DNA of 64,000 bases from Isurus oxyrinchus (Eukaryota). A program made the position numbers and the translations under genes. Below, in pieces: positions 25,010 to 37,014 of the stretch (its first letter is position 1; each line of letters opens with the position of its first letter). Below the pieces are notes generated by a model that saw only the letters and a program-made list of their open reading frames with translations, had not been told where the DNA came from and did no database searches. Location: positions 2,356,001 through 2,420,000 of the forward strand of contig JANJGN010000076.1 of NCBI GenBank assembly GCA_026770705.1, given 5' to 3'.

Positions 25010-27020
25010 ATGAGTTAGACTCTGTCTCAGGTAGAGAGATGACAGACATTAAGTAAGTGTGCTGACAAACACGCCCGTCTTAGCAAAGAAATGGTCAGTA
25101 TCACATGAAATTCTAAACAAGAGCACAACAGAACGTACTACCAATAAATATTTACGATATTAGACGATCTGTAGTTACAGGTTGAATAAGAGAAAATAAA
25201 AAAAGCTGAAACATTCTGGTGAAGATAAATCTTTTATCTTTGCAGAATGATATAGCATGATTTAATTTAACACAGACACACACAAAAGGTGATGTCTCAT
25301 ATGTAATTCTGTTAGCTGTAATGCAAATTAATATGAGGAGCTGCGTGGAACAACCAGTCAATGGGAAACCTCTAGTTTTAGGCCAAAGTCAGAGGCCCAT
25401 TTCTAACTCAACATCCACCTTAAAGAGACATAGACAAGTGAATTAACAACAGAGACAGAGTTTGGTGTGGTAATTGCTGAGACAGGGCCTAGTGCAATTT
25501 AAGCAAAGACATTACAAGTGCAGAAATAATCGAGACAGCATTTAATGTTACTTAAGCAAAGATGTGACTGAGTGCACGAATAACAGGGATGGGGACAAGA
25601 GCTATATTAACATAGACAGGGTCTACTGCTATAATAACGGAGACGGGAATACAGGGCCTGGATCAATATCAAGTGAAATAGGGCAGTTATTACAGGCACA
25701 GGGCCTAGAGTAATTGCTTCCTAGAGAGAGTCTAAGTCGTAAAAATGGAGACTGCTGCCAGTGTAAGAGAGACAGGTATGATGTCGTGGAGTAAAATCAG
25801 GGAAAGGGAGAGTGGAATAGAAGCAGAGACAGAGGTACAAAGACAAAGCCTCTGCAAAGACAGGATCCATTTTAATTGAAAATACAGACAAGGTCGTGTG
25901 TGATACAGGCTGATACAGAATCTAGTGTAACTTGTTCTGAAATGGTCTAGTGGAATATAAATGCAGACATGATTGAGTGTGTTATAAGCAGGGCCGCGAT
26001 TAGTGGAACATAAGTGAGGCAGTGCAGAGTGTAGTAATAATTGAGACAGGATCTTGTGTAATACGAACCTGCCTAGTGTAGCAATAACACAGACCGGATC
26101 CAGTATAAGAAAACTGATACACGGTCTAGTGGAGCTTCACATAATCCAGCGCTCTTTGCAATATAATCTGACACAGTGTCTGGTGAATTAAATACCTGCA
26201 AAGGTACGAGATTAATAAAAACAGGGACATGCACTAGTACAGCAATAAGACAGTAATGGTATAGGACAATAATAACAGGAACAGGGAATTGTGTGATATG
26301 TATGGAGGCATGTATTGGTGCAGCATTAACTGAGACAGGGTCCAGTTTGACAGACAGGTGGCAGGTTCTACTGGAGTAATAGCTGAGACAGAGTCTTGTT
26401 AAATGCAAATAAAAACATGTTCCAATTTTCTATAACCAGAGACAAGCTCTAGTGCAGTGACAACTGGGGCATGGCTTATTGTAACTTCAACCGAGACCTG
26501 CTTCAGAGCAGTCATGACTGAGATAGTGCCAATTGTATTGTGGCCCTAGCCCAGTACATAAACAACTGTGACTGAGCCAATTACAGAAACAACTGATAGA
26601 TGACCTTCTCTAATATGATTAGAGACATGTCCTAGTGTAATAGAAATAGAAACGGCGTCTAATTTAATATGAACAGGGACAGTGGCAAATGCAGTAAAAA
26701 TTGAGACAGCGCCTGCTTCATGTGATGTGAGCAATCACGGTTTCACTGCCATCCACTGGTCAATCTTTGCTATTACAGGTGTTGCGAAAATGTCGATTAC
26801 ATTTACGGTTTCTGAGATCAATGGTTAAAATCCGAAATAATGGAAAACGTAGTCGACAGGATTTGAACCTGCGTGGGGTAACCCCAATAGATTTCAAATC
26901 CATCACCTTAACCATTCGGCCACGACTACAGACCTGGAGAGTGAAACATATATATTTCATATATGAAATCATAGAATAGTTACAGCAGAGAAAAAGCGTC
27001 TTCTTCCCACCCTGTCGCTG
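25010..27020 (+). repeat. ~2-kb segmental duplicate, copy 1 (~27-bp degenerate minisatellite plus tRNA-Ser)
   Basis: Colinear with 48560-50580; internal unit approximates GAGACAGGGTCTAGTGTAATAATAACA. Confidence 0.9.
26848..26929 (-). tRNA. tRNA-Ser(TGA), possibly functional
   Basis: GTAGTCGTGGCCGAATGGTTAAGGTGATGGATTTGAAATCTATTGGGGTTACCCCACGCAGGTTCAAATCCTGTCGACTACG; stems pair with some G-U; followed by TTTT. Confidence 0.75.
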
Positions 27021-28109
27021 CAACAACCCAGCCTATTCCCCGTAACCCTGCAATTCATACTGTCCCTCCTCGTTCTCCCTCCCAAATTGAGAATGAAAGA
27101 GAGAGAATGAAAGAGGAAGAGAAGTAACGGGTTTTGTAGATCTCAGGGAGAAGAGACTCCGGGAACAGTTCATTGTGACAGTTCACACAGCAACAAGAAA
27201 ACAGCATTATTCCCTGAGGAGGGCCAGGAGTGGGAGCATGTTTATTTCAAACACAGAAGACTTGTTCAGCCAATAACAGCATCGGATCTGTTAGACATAT
27301 ACATGAAGTGAACAGTGAGGTGAAATAGTGCCACAAGCTGCGGATGTGCAACTTTCAATTTCCAAGACCCACCATCCTCATCAATGCTGCTCCTCTGAAA
27401 CTTTCAAGGTAAATGTTGATCCTTTATAAGGTGCCGTTCCCAGAACGAGAAACAGTCCTCCAGGTGTGATCTAACCAGGGCTTTGTATAGCTGCAGCAAA
27501 GCTTTCCCTCTTTCCAATAACAGCCTCTGTAACGGGTTGTATAGACAGAGGGATTAGATTGTATCGATCCAATAAGAAAAATAAGGAGATGCTTCATCAA
27601 ACTAAAATTCCTTTTGAAATTCCATTTGAAATGAACTTAATTTTTTCGAAAGCTGTGTAAGAATCCCCAGCCTAACTCTTCATGTCACTGGGTCAGGGGA
27701 ACTTTGTTAATGTTCACACACTGAGCATGGACACGGCAGCAGCTCCTGCACCTCTTTCAATATTGTTTTTCTTAACTCAGAGTTTTCGAAAGGGAATTGG
27801 ACAATGACTTGAAAGGGAGAAAAACGATCAGGATGATGGAGAAAGAGAAGGAAATTGAGACTAATTGGAAAGAACATTGTAAAAAGCTGATATTGATATG
27901 ATGGTTTAAATGGTCTCCTCGCACACTCTGCCATTTTGTGATGACATCACCAGATTAATTTGATGACAACATTTCTAAATTTGTCAACCGAATTCCATTT
28001 CTGTAAAACAAAGACGCAAAGTGCGGCTGCAGGACCTCACAGTTTAACATAGTGTGCAGGTGCCTCTGGCTTTGTCAGGTATTGTTCTGTTGGGGAGTGG
28101 TTATCACAT

Positions 28110-28440
28110 GTGCATGGAATCACCAAGCCTCCTTAGACAGAACCTTCCAAGCCCACGACAATTACCATCTAGAAAAACAAGGGCAGCAAATAGATGGGAA
28201 CACGACCATTTGGAATTTCTCCTGCAAGGCACTCACCCTCTTGACTTTTAAATATGTGGCTGTTTCTTCACTGTTGCTGGGTCAAAATCCTGGAACTCCC
28301 TTCCTAACAGCACTCTGGGTGTACCTACACAACAGGGACTGCTGCGTTTCAAGAAGGCAGCTCAGCAGCACCTTCTCAAGGGATAATGAGATGGGCAATA
28401 AATGCTGGCCCAGCCAGCGAAGCCCACATCCCGAGAATGT
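28110..28440 (+). mobile_element. CR1-like LINE 3' fragment
   Basis: Homologous to 54400-54708; ends AAATGCTGGCC..GCCCACATCCC. Confidence 0.8.
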
Positions 28441-28950
28441 ATTACATACTGTCTGCAGAATTAATCATAAATCTTCTTCTCATCCGTGTCACTCAAAGTT
28501 ATTTTAGTTGCAAACATTCACTAAATTTGGAGTCTGAAACGGAACAATCATTGACCAATTTGATGACACCGTTGTTTTCTGGGTCTTTGTCTCTCCTTAG
28601 GCCTCTGTCACTCTCGGTGTACATGTCTGTGTGCGCTCCTCTCTGTGTGTCAATGTGATTCAGTCCCCTGAGGGGTTGTACACATTTTTTCCCACCACAA
28701 ACGTTTTACACATTGGTTGTGCAGCTTCACATTACAATGTAACAGAGAAAAGTATCAAGATGAAAGGGGAATTTGCAATGTTCTTGCATCCCATTTCTTA
28801 ACCTCTGCGTTTGCTCTGTTGCCATTCCCAGCTGTGGTACCAAATTCCAGCTCTTGCGCCATTCATTCTGGTAGAGGTGATATGCAGGATTTCTGCGTGT
28901 TTTATTACTCAGGGTCATCCCAGCACTTCGCCAAGGTTATTAAATCACTG

Positions 28951-29022
28951 CTCCTTCATCAGGAATCGAACCCACGCCCTGACTATGAAAGCACAGAATC
29001 GTAGCTATTAGGCCACCAGGGA
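28951..29022 (-). pseudogene. tRNA-Glu(TTC) pseudogene
   Basis: TCCCTGGTGGCCTAATAGCTACGATTCTGTGCTTTCATAG..GGGTTCGATTCC; many stem mismatches. Confidence 0.75.
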
Positions 29023-30224
29023 AGGTGCTCAGAAGCCTCACAACCTGGGTAAGCCATGCTGTCTGTGCCTTTTATTTTCATTTCCGACCTCTTTCATTAG
29101 AGGCACGTTTCTCCCCCAAATTGACACGTTTATATAAAACACAAACAACCTCCACTGTCAGACAGTTCCGGGTTGTTATTGGGTCCTTAAGCGACAAAGA
29201 GAAAATAATCCAACTCTCCTGTTGCTCAGCGGGTTCCAACAGCAGTGTTTTTTTATCTGAATATAAATGTAAAATATAATTTAACAACTGACCAACCAGG
29301 TACCTACAAATCTATGAAGTTATTGGTTCAAATAGACCCGTTAATGATTCCTTCTTCCTCAGCTCCGCAGTGAGTGAGACAGGGAAAAACAGAAAAGCAG
29401 CAACATTCCGGCCCCGCACTCTCCAATCACCCGCTGCCAGCAAACAGATACACTCACTTTCCTGAGTGTTTATTCTGTGAAATGGTGAAGGGCGAATCTA
29501 AGACGCTTGTAAGATACTGTGCTCAGTTAATATCCACCAACAAACAGGAACAAGGCGGCTTTCCTCTCACTTAAAAGGGTAAGTTTTGATAATGCTTCTG
29601 CATTAATAACTTATATTGATAAAGTGCATTTAATCTGTTGAAACATCACAAGGCCTCCCCCGTGAATATTATATAATAAAGTGTGACACCGAGCCTCATA
29701 TTCGATCAGAATACTAAAAGCTCGGTCAAAGGGGGAGGCTTTAACAACTGTCTTAAAGGAGCAAAGTATCGATTTAATGTTCCAGCTAACAGCAATAGTT
29801 CTTCTCATTGGCGAAAGAAGTCTCCCGTGTTCAACCTAAACAGACCAATTAGTCGGAGAAAGTTCTGTCTGGTGAAAAGATCGGGAATGAAAAAAAAAAG
29901 TGGAAAGTAACCTCTAAATGCCAAATGTCAAACCTTTCTGGTACTTTCCCTTATGTCTCATGACTGGGGATCGGCGCTTCCATTGGCCCACAGCGAATAG
30001 GGTGGAGGGTTTGGAAATTGAAAGTTACGCATGAGCAGCTTGTGGGACTATTCACCTCACTGTCGAGTTCATGTTCCAGCTCACAGAAACTGTTGTTTTT
30101 ATTGGCTGAAGAATTCGTTTGTGTTAAGGCTAAACAGGCAGTTTTGTGGTGAAAGAGATCTGAACTGAAAAACAATAGGCAAAAGGAGCGTGGATAAGCC
30201 AAATCGAAAAGCATTTTGATCGAT

Positions 30225-30296
30225 TCCTTGGTTGTCTAGTGGTTAGGATTCGGCGCTTTCACCACCACAGCCCGGGTTCGATTCCCAGTAAGGAAA
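30225..30296 (+). tRNA. tRNA-Glu(TTC), mutated (probable pseudogene)
   Basis: TCCTTGGTTGTCTAGTGGTTAGGATTCGGCGCTTTCACCACC..CCCGGGTTCGATTCCCAG; A and B boxes present, several mismatches. Confidence 0.7.
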
Positions 30297-31291
30297 TTAA
30301 GGTTTGTTGAGTGTGGTCAATTTCTATTTGCGAACAGCTCCACCGAGAGTTAAAAGCTTAGCCTCACAGCAAGAAATATCACACTTCGAATAAGTCGCGA
30401 ACAAACAGAAAAGAAGAAGGGCTGGTTGCAAGGCGAAATAGCGGTGGGAGAAGGATGAATGTTACTGTCTCCTATCTGCACCGGCACAAATATCACTTCT
30501 GATCAATCAACTCCGCTTTGAAAGCAGCGCGCCGGGCCCAATGGGCTCTTTCTATGCTGTAATTATCTATAATGTTATGTTTCCCAACACCGCCAACACT
30601 GCCTTTTTATAACCCACTCTAGAGAAGTGAGCTTTCTTACCTTGTATTCGGCTCGTCTGAAACCAAAACATGGAGCAATTCAGCGAGTTTCCCTGTCATT
30701 TCCAGCACGAGATTAGTCACGAGACTAAATGAGCGACAGATTAATGGTGCCGATCCTTCACTGGAGCTCACCGTGTCCCAAGAGCACTGTTATCATCAGC
30801 CTGTTAGGCACCTTCCTGCAGTACATCCGCTGAACAATATAAGCTTATCACAGCTCTGCTTTCTCCACATTGAAATCCAGTGTAAAAAATGTGAACAACT
30901 TCAAAGCTGATTAACGTAGACAAGACTGGAAGGAGAGTGTGACTGTTGACAATCGGCACTGTGCACATTCCTGTAATCCTTACCTGGGAGAATCAGGAAG
31001 ATTAGATCATGGTGTCTTTTTATTCTATGGTCTGCAAACCTATCGTCTTGTGTCTTACATTCCCACGAACTGACTGTGTCTGCATCAAGCAACTAATTGA
31101 CCCGGAAGCTGTACGGGCAGAGGGAGCTGGAGGCGAGACAGGGACAGAAGCAGAAAGAAACGCGACATGAAAGTGTTTTGAATTTGATGTCTGTCAGTTG
31201 GTGCCAGTGGTGAATATCTGCCTTGCCGGTGCCACTGAATGAGGTTGTGTTTTTTTTTGTTTTAGAACAGCAAAATTGAAAGTGACAACAG

Positions 31292-31364
31292 CCCCCAGCA
31301 TGGGGCTCCAACACATGACCCTGAAATTAAGCGTTTTATATTCTGTTGACTGAGGTAGCTGGGA
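31292..31364 (-). pseudogene. tRNA-Lys(CTT) pseudogene
   Basis: Aligns without gaps to the Lys-CTT consensus; flanks paralogous to 57861-57933. Confidence 0.7.
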
Positions 31365-32670
31365 ATGGGGGAAGGAATCCTTCATATCACAACACATATG
31401 GCGACAGACGTGTTTTTCTCACCTGGAAACTCAGCTTGTTCTGAATCTGAGTGTAGAAGGGAGTCGACCTACAAAAGCCCCAAGGTTGCAATGCATTCCT
31501 CTCAATCGCAGTAACATCGTTCACATCTTCCACTTCTTAGTGAGACCTCGTTCCAAAAATTTCAAACTCTCTCTTTCATTTTTCATCCTCACATTTTTCT
31601 CTAACATTTTAACATGAAGTTGTACAACTAATTTAAATAAAGTTAGTGATGGTAAAAATGTGTTCACCCCTCGGGGAACTGACTCATATTGACACACACA
31701 GAGGAACACACACAAACTTATGCACCGAGGGTGACAGAGGGCAAGGGTTTGTCTCTAAGGAGAGGCAAATATCCATAAAGCAAGCATGACACCAAGTTTT
31801 ATTCCAGTTCCAAGTTTCATGATTGTTTTCGTGAACGAACAAATAGAAAAAAACCCAAGTGTTTGTATGGATTTTATTGAATTCAACTGATAATTAACTC
31901 TGTAGACACATTTTAAACCAGGAATAATGACAAGTGGGAATCTCAATGGACTTGGGCTCCATCACCTAAATCAATCGACAATGACAACTAGCCCTGTTCA
32001 CAGGTTAATGTCGATGGTATAAAATCATAAATATCTACAGCAGAGGAAGACAACATTCTGCCCAACGTGACAATGCCGGCTGATGGCAAAAGGAATACAG
32101 CTAATTTGATAACCCCACATTTTCTCTACTGCAATTTAAATTGGTATTGTCTCTCCTCCCTCTTCCTGTTAAAATGAAGCATGACAAGCATTTATTTTGA
32201 CAGTGAGCTGGCACCTTTTGCATCATTCGCGTTTGTAGTTGCATGTTAAGTGAATGTAATATATCTCAGTCACATTACATTTCCTCTTCACCATTTCACA
32301 GGATAAACCCTCAGCAAAGTGAGAACATCTTTCAGCTGGCAGCGGGTGATTGGAGAGTGGGGGGCCGGAATATTGCTACTTATCTGCTTTTCTCTGTCTC
32401 GCTCACTGTGGAGCCGAGAAAGAGAGAATCATTGATGGGTTTGTTTGAATCCAATAATTTCACAGGTGTCTATTGAGTTAGGTGTAATTATATAGTTGTT
32501 TATTGTTTTTTATTGTGTTTGAAATGAACATTCAAAACAAAAACATCGGTGTGGGAACACACTGGTTAAGGGTAAAGTTTGTGGAATAATTCCTTGCAGC
32601 TCAAGTAGCCAATGAGAGCCCGCAACTGTGTGGCAATGAAAGCTGATAGGGAAAAAAAGCTTGACACTTT

Positions 32671-32744
32671 TATCTCTGGGTGGTTTTGAACCATCAACTT
32701 TTTGCTTAACAGTTGAATGCGATAAACAATTGCGCCACAGAGAC
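32671..32744 (-). pseudogene. tRNA-Asn(GTT) pseudogene
   Basis: GTCTCTGTGGCGCAATTG..CTGTTAA..GGTTCAAAACCACCCAGAGATA. Confidence 0.8.
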
Positions 32745-32812
32745 AGAAGTAAGGCTGATTTGCTAACTTTCCTAAAATTTAAGTTTCAGATTACTGCTAC
32801 CGGGATGACAAT

Positions 32813-32950
32813 CCTAGTTCTGTTGAAGGGTCATGAGGACTCGAAACGTCAACTCTTTTCTTCTCCGCCGATGCTGCCAGACCTGCTGAGTTTTTCCAGG
32901 TAATTCTGTTTTTGTTTTGGATTTCCACCATCTGCAGTTTTTTTGTTTTT
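32813..32950 (+). mobile_element. 138-bp Penelope-tail insertion with hammerhead-like motif and 8-bp target-site duplication
   Basis: ATGACAAT at 32805-32812 and 32951-32958; the paralogous empty site near 43597-43604 (minus strand) has one copy. Confidence 0.8.
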
Positions 32951-34337
32951 ATGACAATTGTTCTCTTCACTTTTACTCTTCCAAAATAAAGGGAGAGACG
33001 TTCACTGTGGATACATGGAAACAGTCTGATCCCACCCACTGCTGACACATCCATATCACCAGGAACGTGCTCTCCGACAACCGGTGCCGTCTTCTTTCCA
33101 GCCTTTCGGTGTCTTGTATGTTACCAAGTATTCTGATTGTCCTGAAGCCGCTGTTAGGTTTGAGTTCCTGATGTACAGTAACGAGAATCATTTCAATCTC
33201 TCAGGTCAGTTAATTTCACTGATAACTTCAGATTCAATGTTCCAGCGTCTTAAAGAAGGGAAAGGTGCCATGAATGTCTCTGGTCAGTCGAACAGATCAC
33301 CCTTCATTCTCCTCTGATTCCGGTTTCCAAAGAGTTTCTAAAGATTCAGAAAGCTGGAGACTGGGTTTTCTGTTTTGGTTCCTTCTCCATTTTCCTAGCT
33401 GCCAACTGACAATATTTTCCAAATATTGAGGAGACAGAAAAACCTTGAGACATAATTAGATCAGCCATGATCTTACTGAATGGCGGAGCAGGTTCAAACG
33501 GCTGAATGGCCTCCTCCTGATCGTCATTCGTCCCTTCCTGTGTCACAGCCCGAATCACTCCTGACTTTAGCAAACTGCCTTCGGAATTAATGATCAGTTA
33601 AATGAAATAAAAACCATCTAACTATTTCCGTGTTTCTTATTTCCATTCCTCTGCAAACATTCACTAAATTTGCAATCTGAAATGGAACAATAATTGGCCA
33701 AGTTGGTGACATCCTTGTTTTCTGGGTGTTTGTCACTTTCGGTGTAAAGGTCTGTGTGTGTCAATGTGCTTCAGTTCCCCGAGGGGTTGAACACATTTTC
33801 ACCATCACAAGCTTTATTCATTTTGGTTGCGCAGTTTCATACTAAAATGTTACAGAGCCAATATCAAGATGAAAGATTGAGGAGGGGTTTGCAATGTTTG
33901 GAAGGAGGTGCAGCTAAGAAGTGGAAGGTGTGAATGATGTTATTGATGATTGAGGGAATGTATTGCAACCTTGGGGCTTTTGGAGGTCGATCACCTTTGA
34001 AATTCAGAACAAGCTGAGGCTTGAGGTCGAAAACAGCTGTGATCTCCAAGGATGTTGGGATGTGCAATACTTCGCTCTTCTTACATGCCTGGCGAGTTCA
34101 GTCGACAGCGTCTGAGATTCTTAATGCCAAGTTGTTGGGTTTGCGACCTGTGCTCGACGAAATTCCCTTTTTAAACTTTGCTGCTTTCATGGGTGATCCC
34201 CAGGTCTCCATTCCTCCGGCAGTGTCACCAATCAAACTGAGTCTTTCTCCATCCCACTTTGTTAATATCACAGCTGCTGGTTTCTGAGTGAAAACTGCTC
34301 TCTGCGTCATTGAAAGTCAGAGTATTTAATTCTGAAC

Positions 34338-34386
34338 ATTTGGTGCTTTCACGGCTGCAGCCTAGGTTTAATTCCCGTACAGGAAA
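34338..34386 (+). pseudogene. tRNA-Glu(TTC) 3' remnant
   Basis: ATTTGGTGCTTTCACGGCTGCAGCCTAGGTTTAATTCCCGTACAGGAAA. Confidence 0.55.
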
Positions 34387-35234
34387 AAACCTTTTCCTTT
34401 CCATTGTATGAACTATCACAATGAACAGGAATTCCTTCTTGAATGAAATCAGGTCTGGTAGCGTCTGTGGAGTGAGAAACAGAGATAATCTTCCAGCTGG
34501 ATGATCTTTCATCAGAGCTGGAAAAGTCAGAGATGTAACAGGTGGAAAACAAGTCCAGAGGCTGGAGGGAGGGGAGTGAAAGGACAAAAGGGAAGGACTG
34601 TGATAGGTTACAAGGCATGAGAGAGAAACTGACTAAAGGGATGATGGTGCAACATGTGGGTGGGAATGGGACAGATTTTTCTTCCTGCTGTTCAAACAGG
34701 GACAAATTTCACTGATCAACCAATCACAACTGCTCTTTCAAAGCAGCACGCCGGGCCGAATGGCCTCTTTCTGTGCTGTAACTTTCTATAATTGTTTCAT
34801 TTCCATATCACTGCTGCTGCCTTCACAATCATTACATCATCTTACAACCCATTCCAGCAAAATCCACCTTCTTCCCTTGTGTTCAGCACCTTTAAGGTCA
34901 TGGGACTGAGTAAATTCAGTGGGAAATTTCCTTCTCATTTAGCACAAGATTTGGAAACAGGTCTGGGAAATATTTGTGTCATTGCAAACAATACAATCTC
35001 CACTATCACCTCTACATTTTCCTATGCACCACCATTTCTATGGTCACTGCTTTTCAGCCTATCACAGCCCTTCTCTGATTCCCTACCTTCATCTCTGTGT
35101 TTGTTCGCCACCTGTTGCACAGGTGACATTTTCGGCTCTGATGCAAAACTCCAGCTCTCACTCCACTGATTCAGGCGGAGCTGATATGCATTTTCAGTTT
35201 TCAATCAAGACGTAATGCACATTTATTTTAATCA

Positions 35235-35283
35235 TTCGCATGACATTTATAAGCGCCAAATCCTAACCACTAGACCCCCAGGC
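35235..35283 (-). pseudogene. tRNA-Glu remnant with internal deletion
   Basis: AGCGCCAAATCCTAACCACTAGACCCCCAGG is the reverse complement of the Glu 5' half. Confidence 0.6.
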
Positions 35284-35745
35284 TTGCAAATTCACAGCCC
35301 GGCTTATCCATGCTACCTGTGCATTTTATTTTCATTTCACAACTCTTTCACTAGAGGCACTTTTCTCCCACAAAATGACACATTTATGTCGAACACAAAC
35401 GACTTCTTGAGCCATTGACAACAGTGATTGCTGTTAGCTGAAACAGTATTCATTGGCTCACAGTCCCACGTTGTCATTGGGTCCTTAAGCGACTAAAGAA
35501 GACAGAAATCGCCAACTGCGCTGTTACGCGGTGAGTTCCAACAGATATGTTTTTATTGAATATTCATTTTGAATATTCCCCACTCACCGGCTGCCAGTTG
35601 AAGGATATCCTCACTTTGCTGTGTCCACTTTGTGAAAAGACGAAAAGTGCAATCCGAATGTGAGATTCTGCATTCAGCTAATATTCAACAACAAGCAGGG
35701 AACAAAGCAACTTTCCCTCTCCCCTAATTGAACAATTTTCGATAA

Positions 35746-35818
35746 CGTTCCTGCCTGGTTTTGAGCCAGGGACCTTTCACGTGTAAGGCAAATGTGATAA
35801 CCACTACACTACAGAAAC
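35746..35818 (-). pseudogene. tRNA-Val(TAC) pseudogene
   Basis: GTTTCTGTAGTGTAGTGGTTATCACATTTGCCTTACACGTGAAAGGTCCCTGGCTCAAAACCAGG; T-loop degenerate. Confidence 0.8.
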
Positions 35819-36483
35819 GTCACGCACCAGTGTCAAGTGCACCTGACTACAATGCAGTTCTGCAGCAGCACTTTGGGTCCATGTTTTGAAGAAATGGAAT
35901 TCGACTGTTCTCATCAGGAATGCTGGAGACAGACTGATCAACAATGTCATCATCAAATGGCACAGCGTGTTGGAGAGTTATTAGATCATCACAACTTCTT
36001 TTTTAAAGAGCAATCAATAGTCTCAATATTCCTCTCTCTTTCCATAAGCCTCAATTTCTCTATTTCAAGTAACTGTCTCATTCACTTTTGAAGAATGATT
36101 TCCTGCAGAATCCATGCACAGTTTCCCTGACCCAGTGACATGGAGATTTGGACTTGGGTTCCTTCCAGTCCCTTGAGGAGCTGATCCTAATTCCAGCGCT
36201 GCCACAGTTTGAGTCACATTCCCACTTTTGCACACTTTAGGAATTCCTTTTCGGAGAACAAGAGGGAGCTCTAGTTTAATACAGGGCGGGTTGTTGTCCT
36301 TTATTTTGTTTGGAAAAGCACGGAGAGGCAATACAAATATAAATTGTTGTGGGGGTAAAGGCAAGTGTGTGGAATCGGTAGAGCTACTCTTCCAGAGAGC
36401 CAGCACAGACACGACGGGCCGATTGACTTATTTTGCAGTCACCTCTGATTTGATAAGGACACATTTGAGCTCGCGAGCAGCTG

Positions 36484-36564
36484 TTAGTCGAGCTGAATGT
36501 TTAAGGTGACGGATTTGAAATCCATTGGTGTCTCCCCCTGTAGGTTTGAATCCTGCTGACCACA
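36484..36564 (+). pseudogene. tRNA-Ser(TGA) pseudogene
   Basis: ..TTAAGGTGACGGATTTGAAATCCATTGGTGTCTCCCC..AGGTTTGAATCCTGCTGACCAC. Confidence 0.75.
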
Positions 36565-36829
36565 GTTCACGTTATTCCTCATTTTAACCAGGTGCCGCCA
36601 ACGTCATCCGTGCGGCTCCTGTGAAACTGACAAGGTGGCACATGGCAGAAATTCATCACTGAAAGTAACTGATACACATCAAATTCTGCCGCTTTCATGT
36701 TGCATCTTTTAACTTCCTGTTCTCCATCTCAGACATTTTCACGTCTCTCAAATGTCACTCACCTGGAACTTAGCATCTACCTCAGTCTGTTGAATATGGT
36801 CGCTTTCCTGTGTGGTCTTGTTAGCTGGT

Positions 36830-36902
36830 GGCTCCATAGCTCAGTGGTTGGAGCACTGCTCTTATACATCAGTGGCTGTAAGTTCAACCTTCACTGGTGC
36901 CT
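36830..36902 (+). pseudogene. tRNA-Thr(TGT)-derived pseudogene (anticodon now TAT)
   Basis: GGCTCCATAGCTCAGTGGTTGGAGCACTGCTCTTATACATCAG..GTTCAACCTTCACTGGTGCCT. Confidence 0.7.
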
Positions 36903-37014
36903 TTCATTAACCTTTAACTGAGAATATGAAGTTATGTGGAAAGCTGAAAAACCGAATAATAATATATAAGATGAAAATGCAAAGTACTGTGGTGAAGCAT
37001 TTTGCTTTTAAGTT

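Noticed and set aside
25440-26720. CRISPR-like array or 9-aa repeat protein
   Set aside because: Eukaryotic context, contiguous degenerate units without unique spacers, and frequent stops; it is a minisatellite.
31935-31988. Very decayed tRNA-Ser piece (and a Val-like piece at 39139-39192)
   Set aside because: Too degenerate to delimit as features; counted only in the array total.
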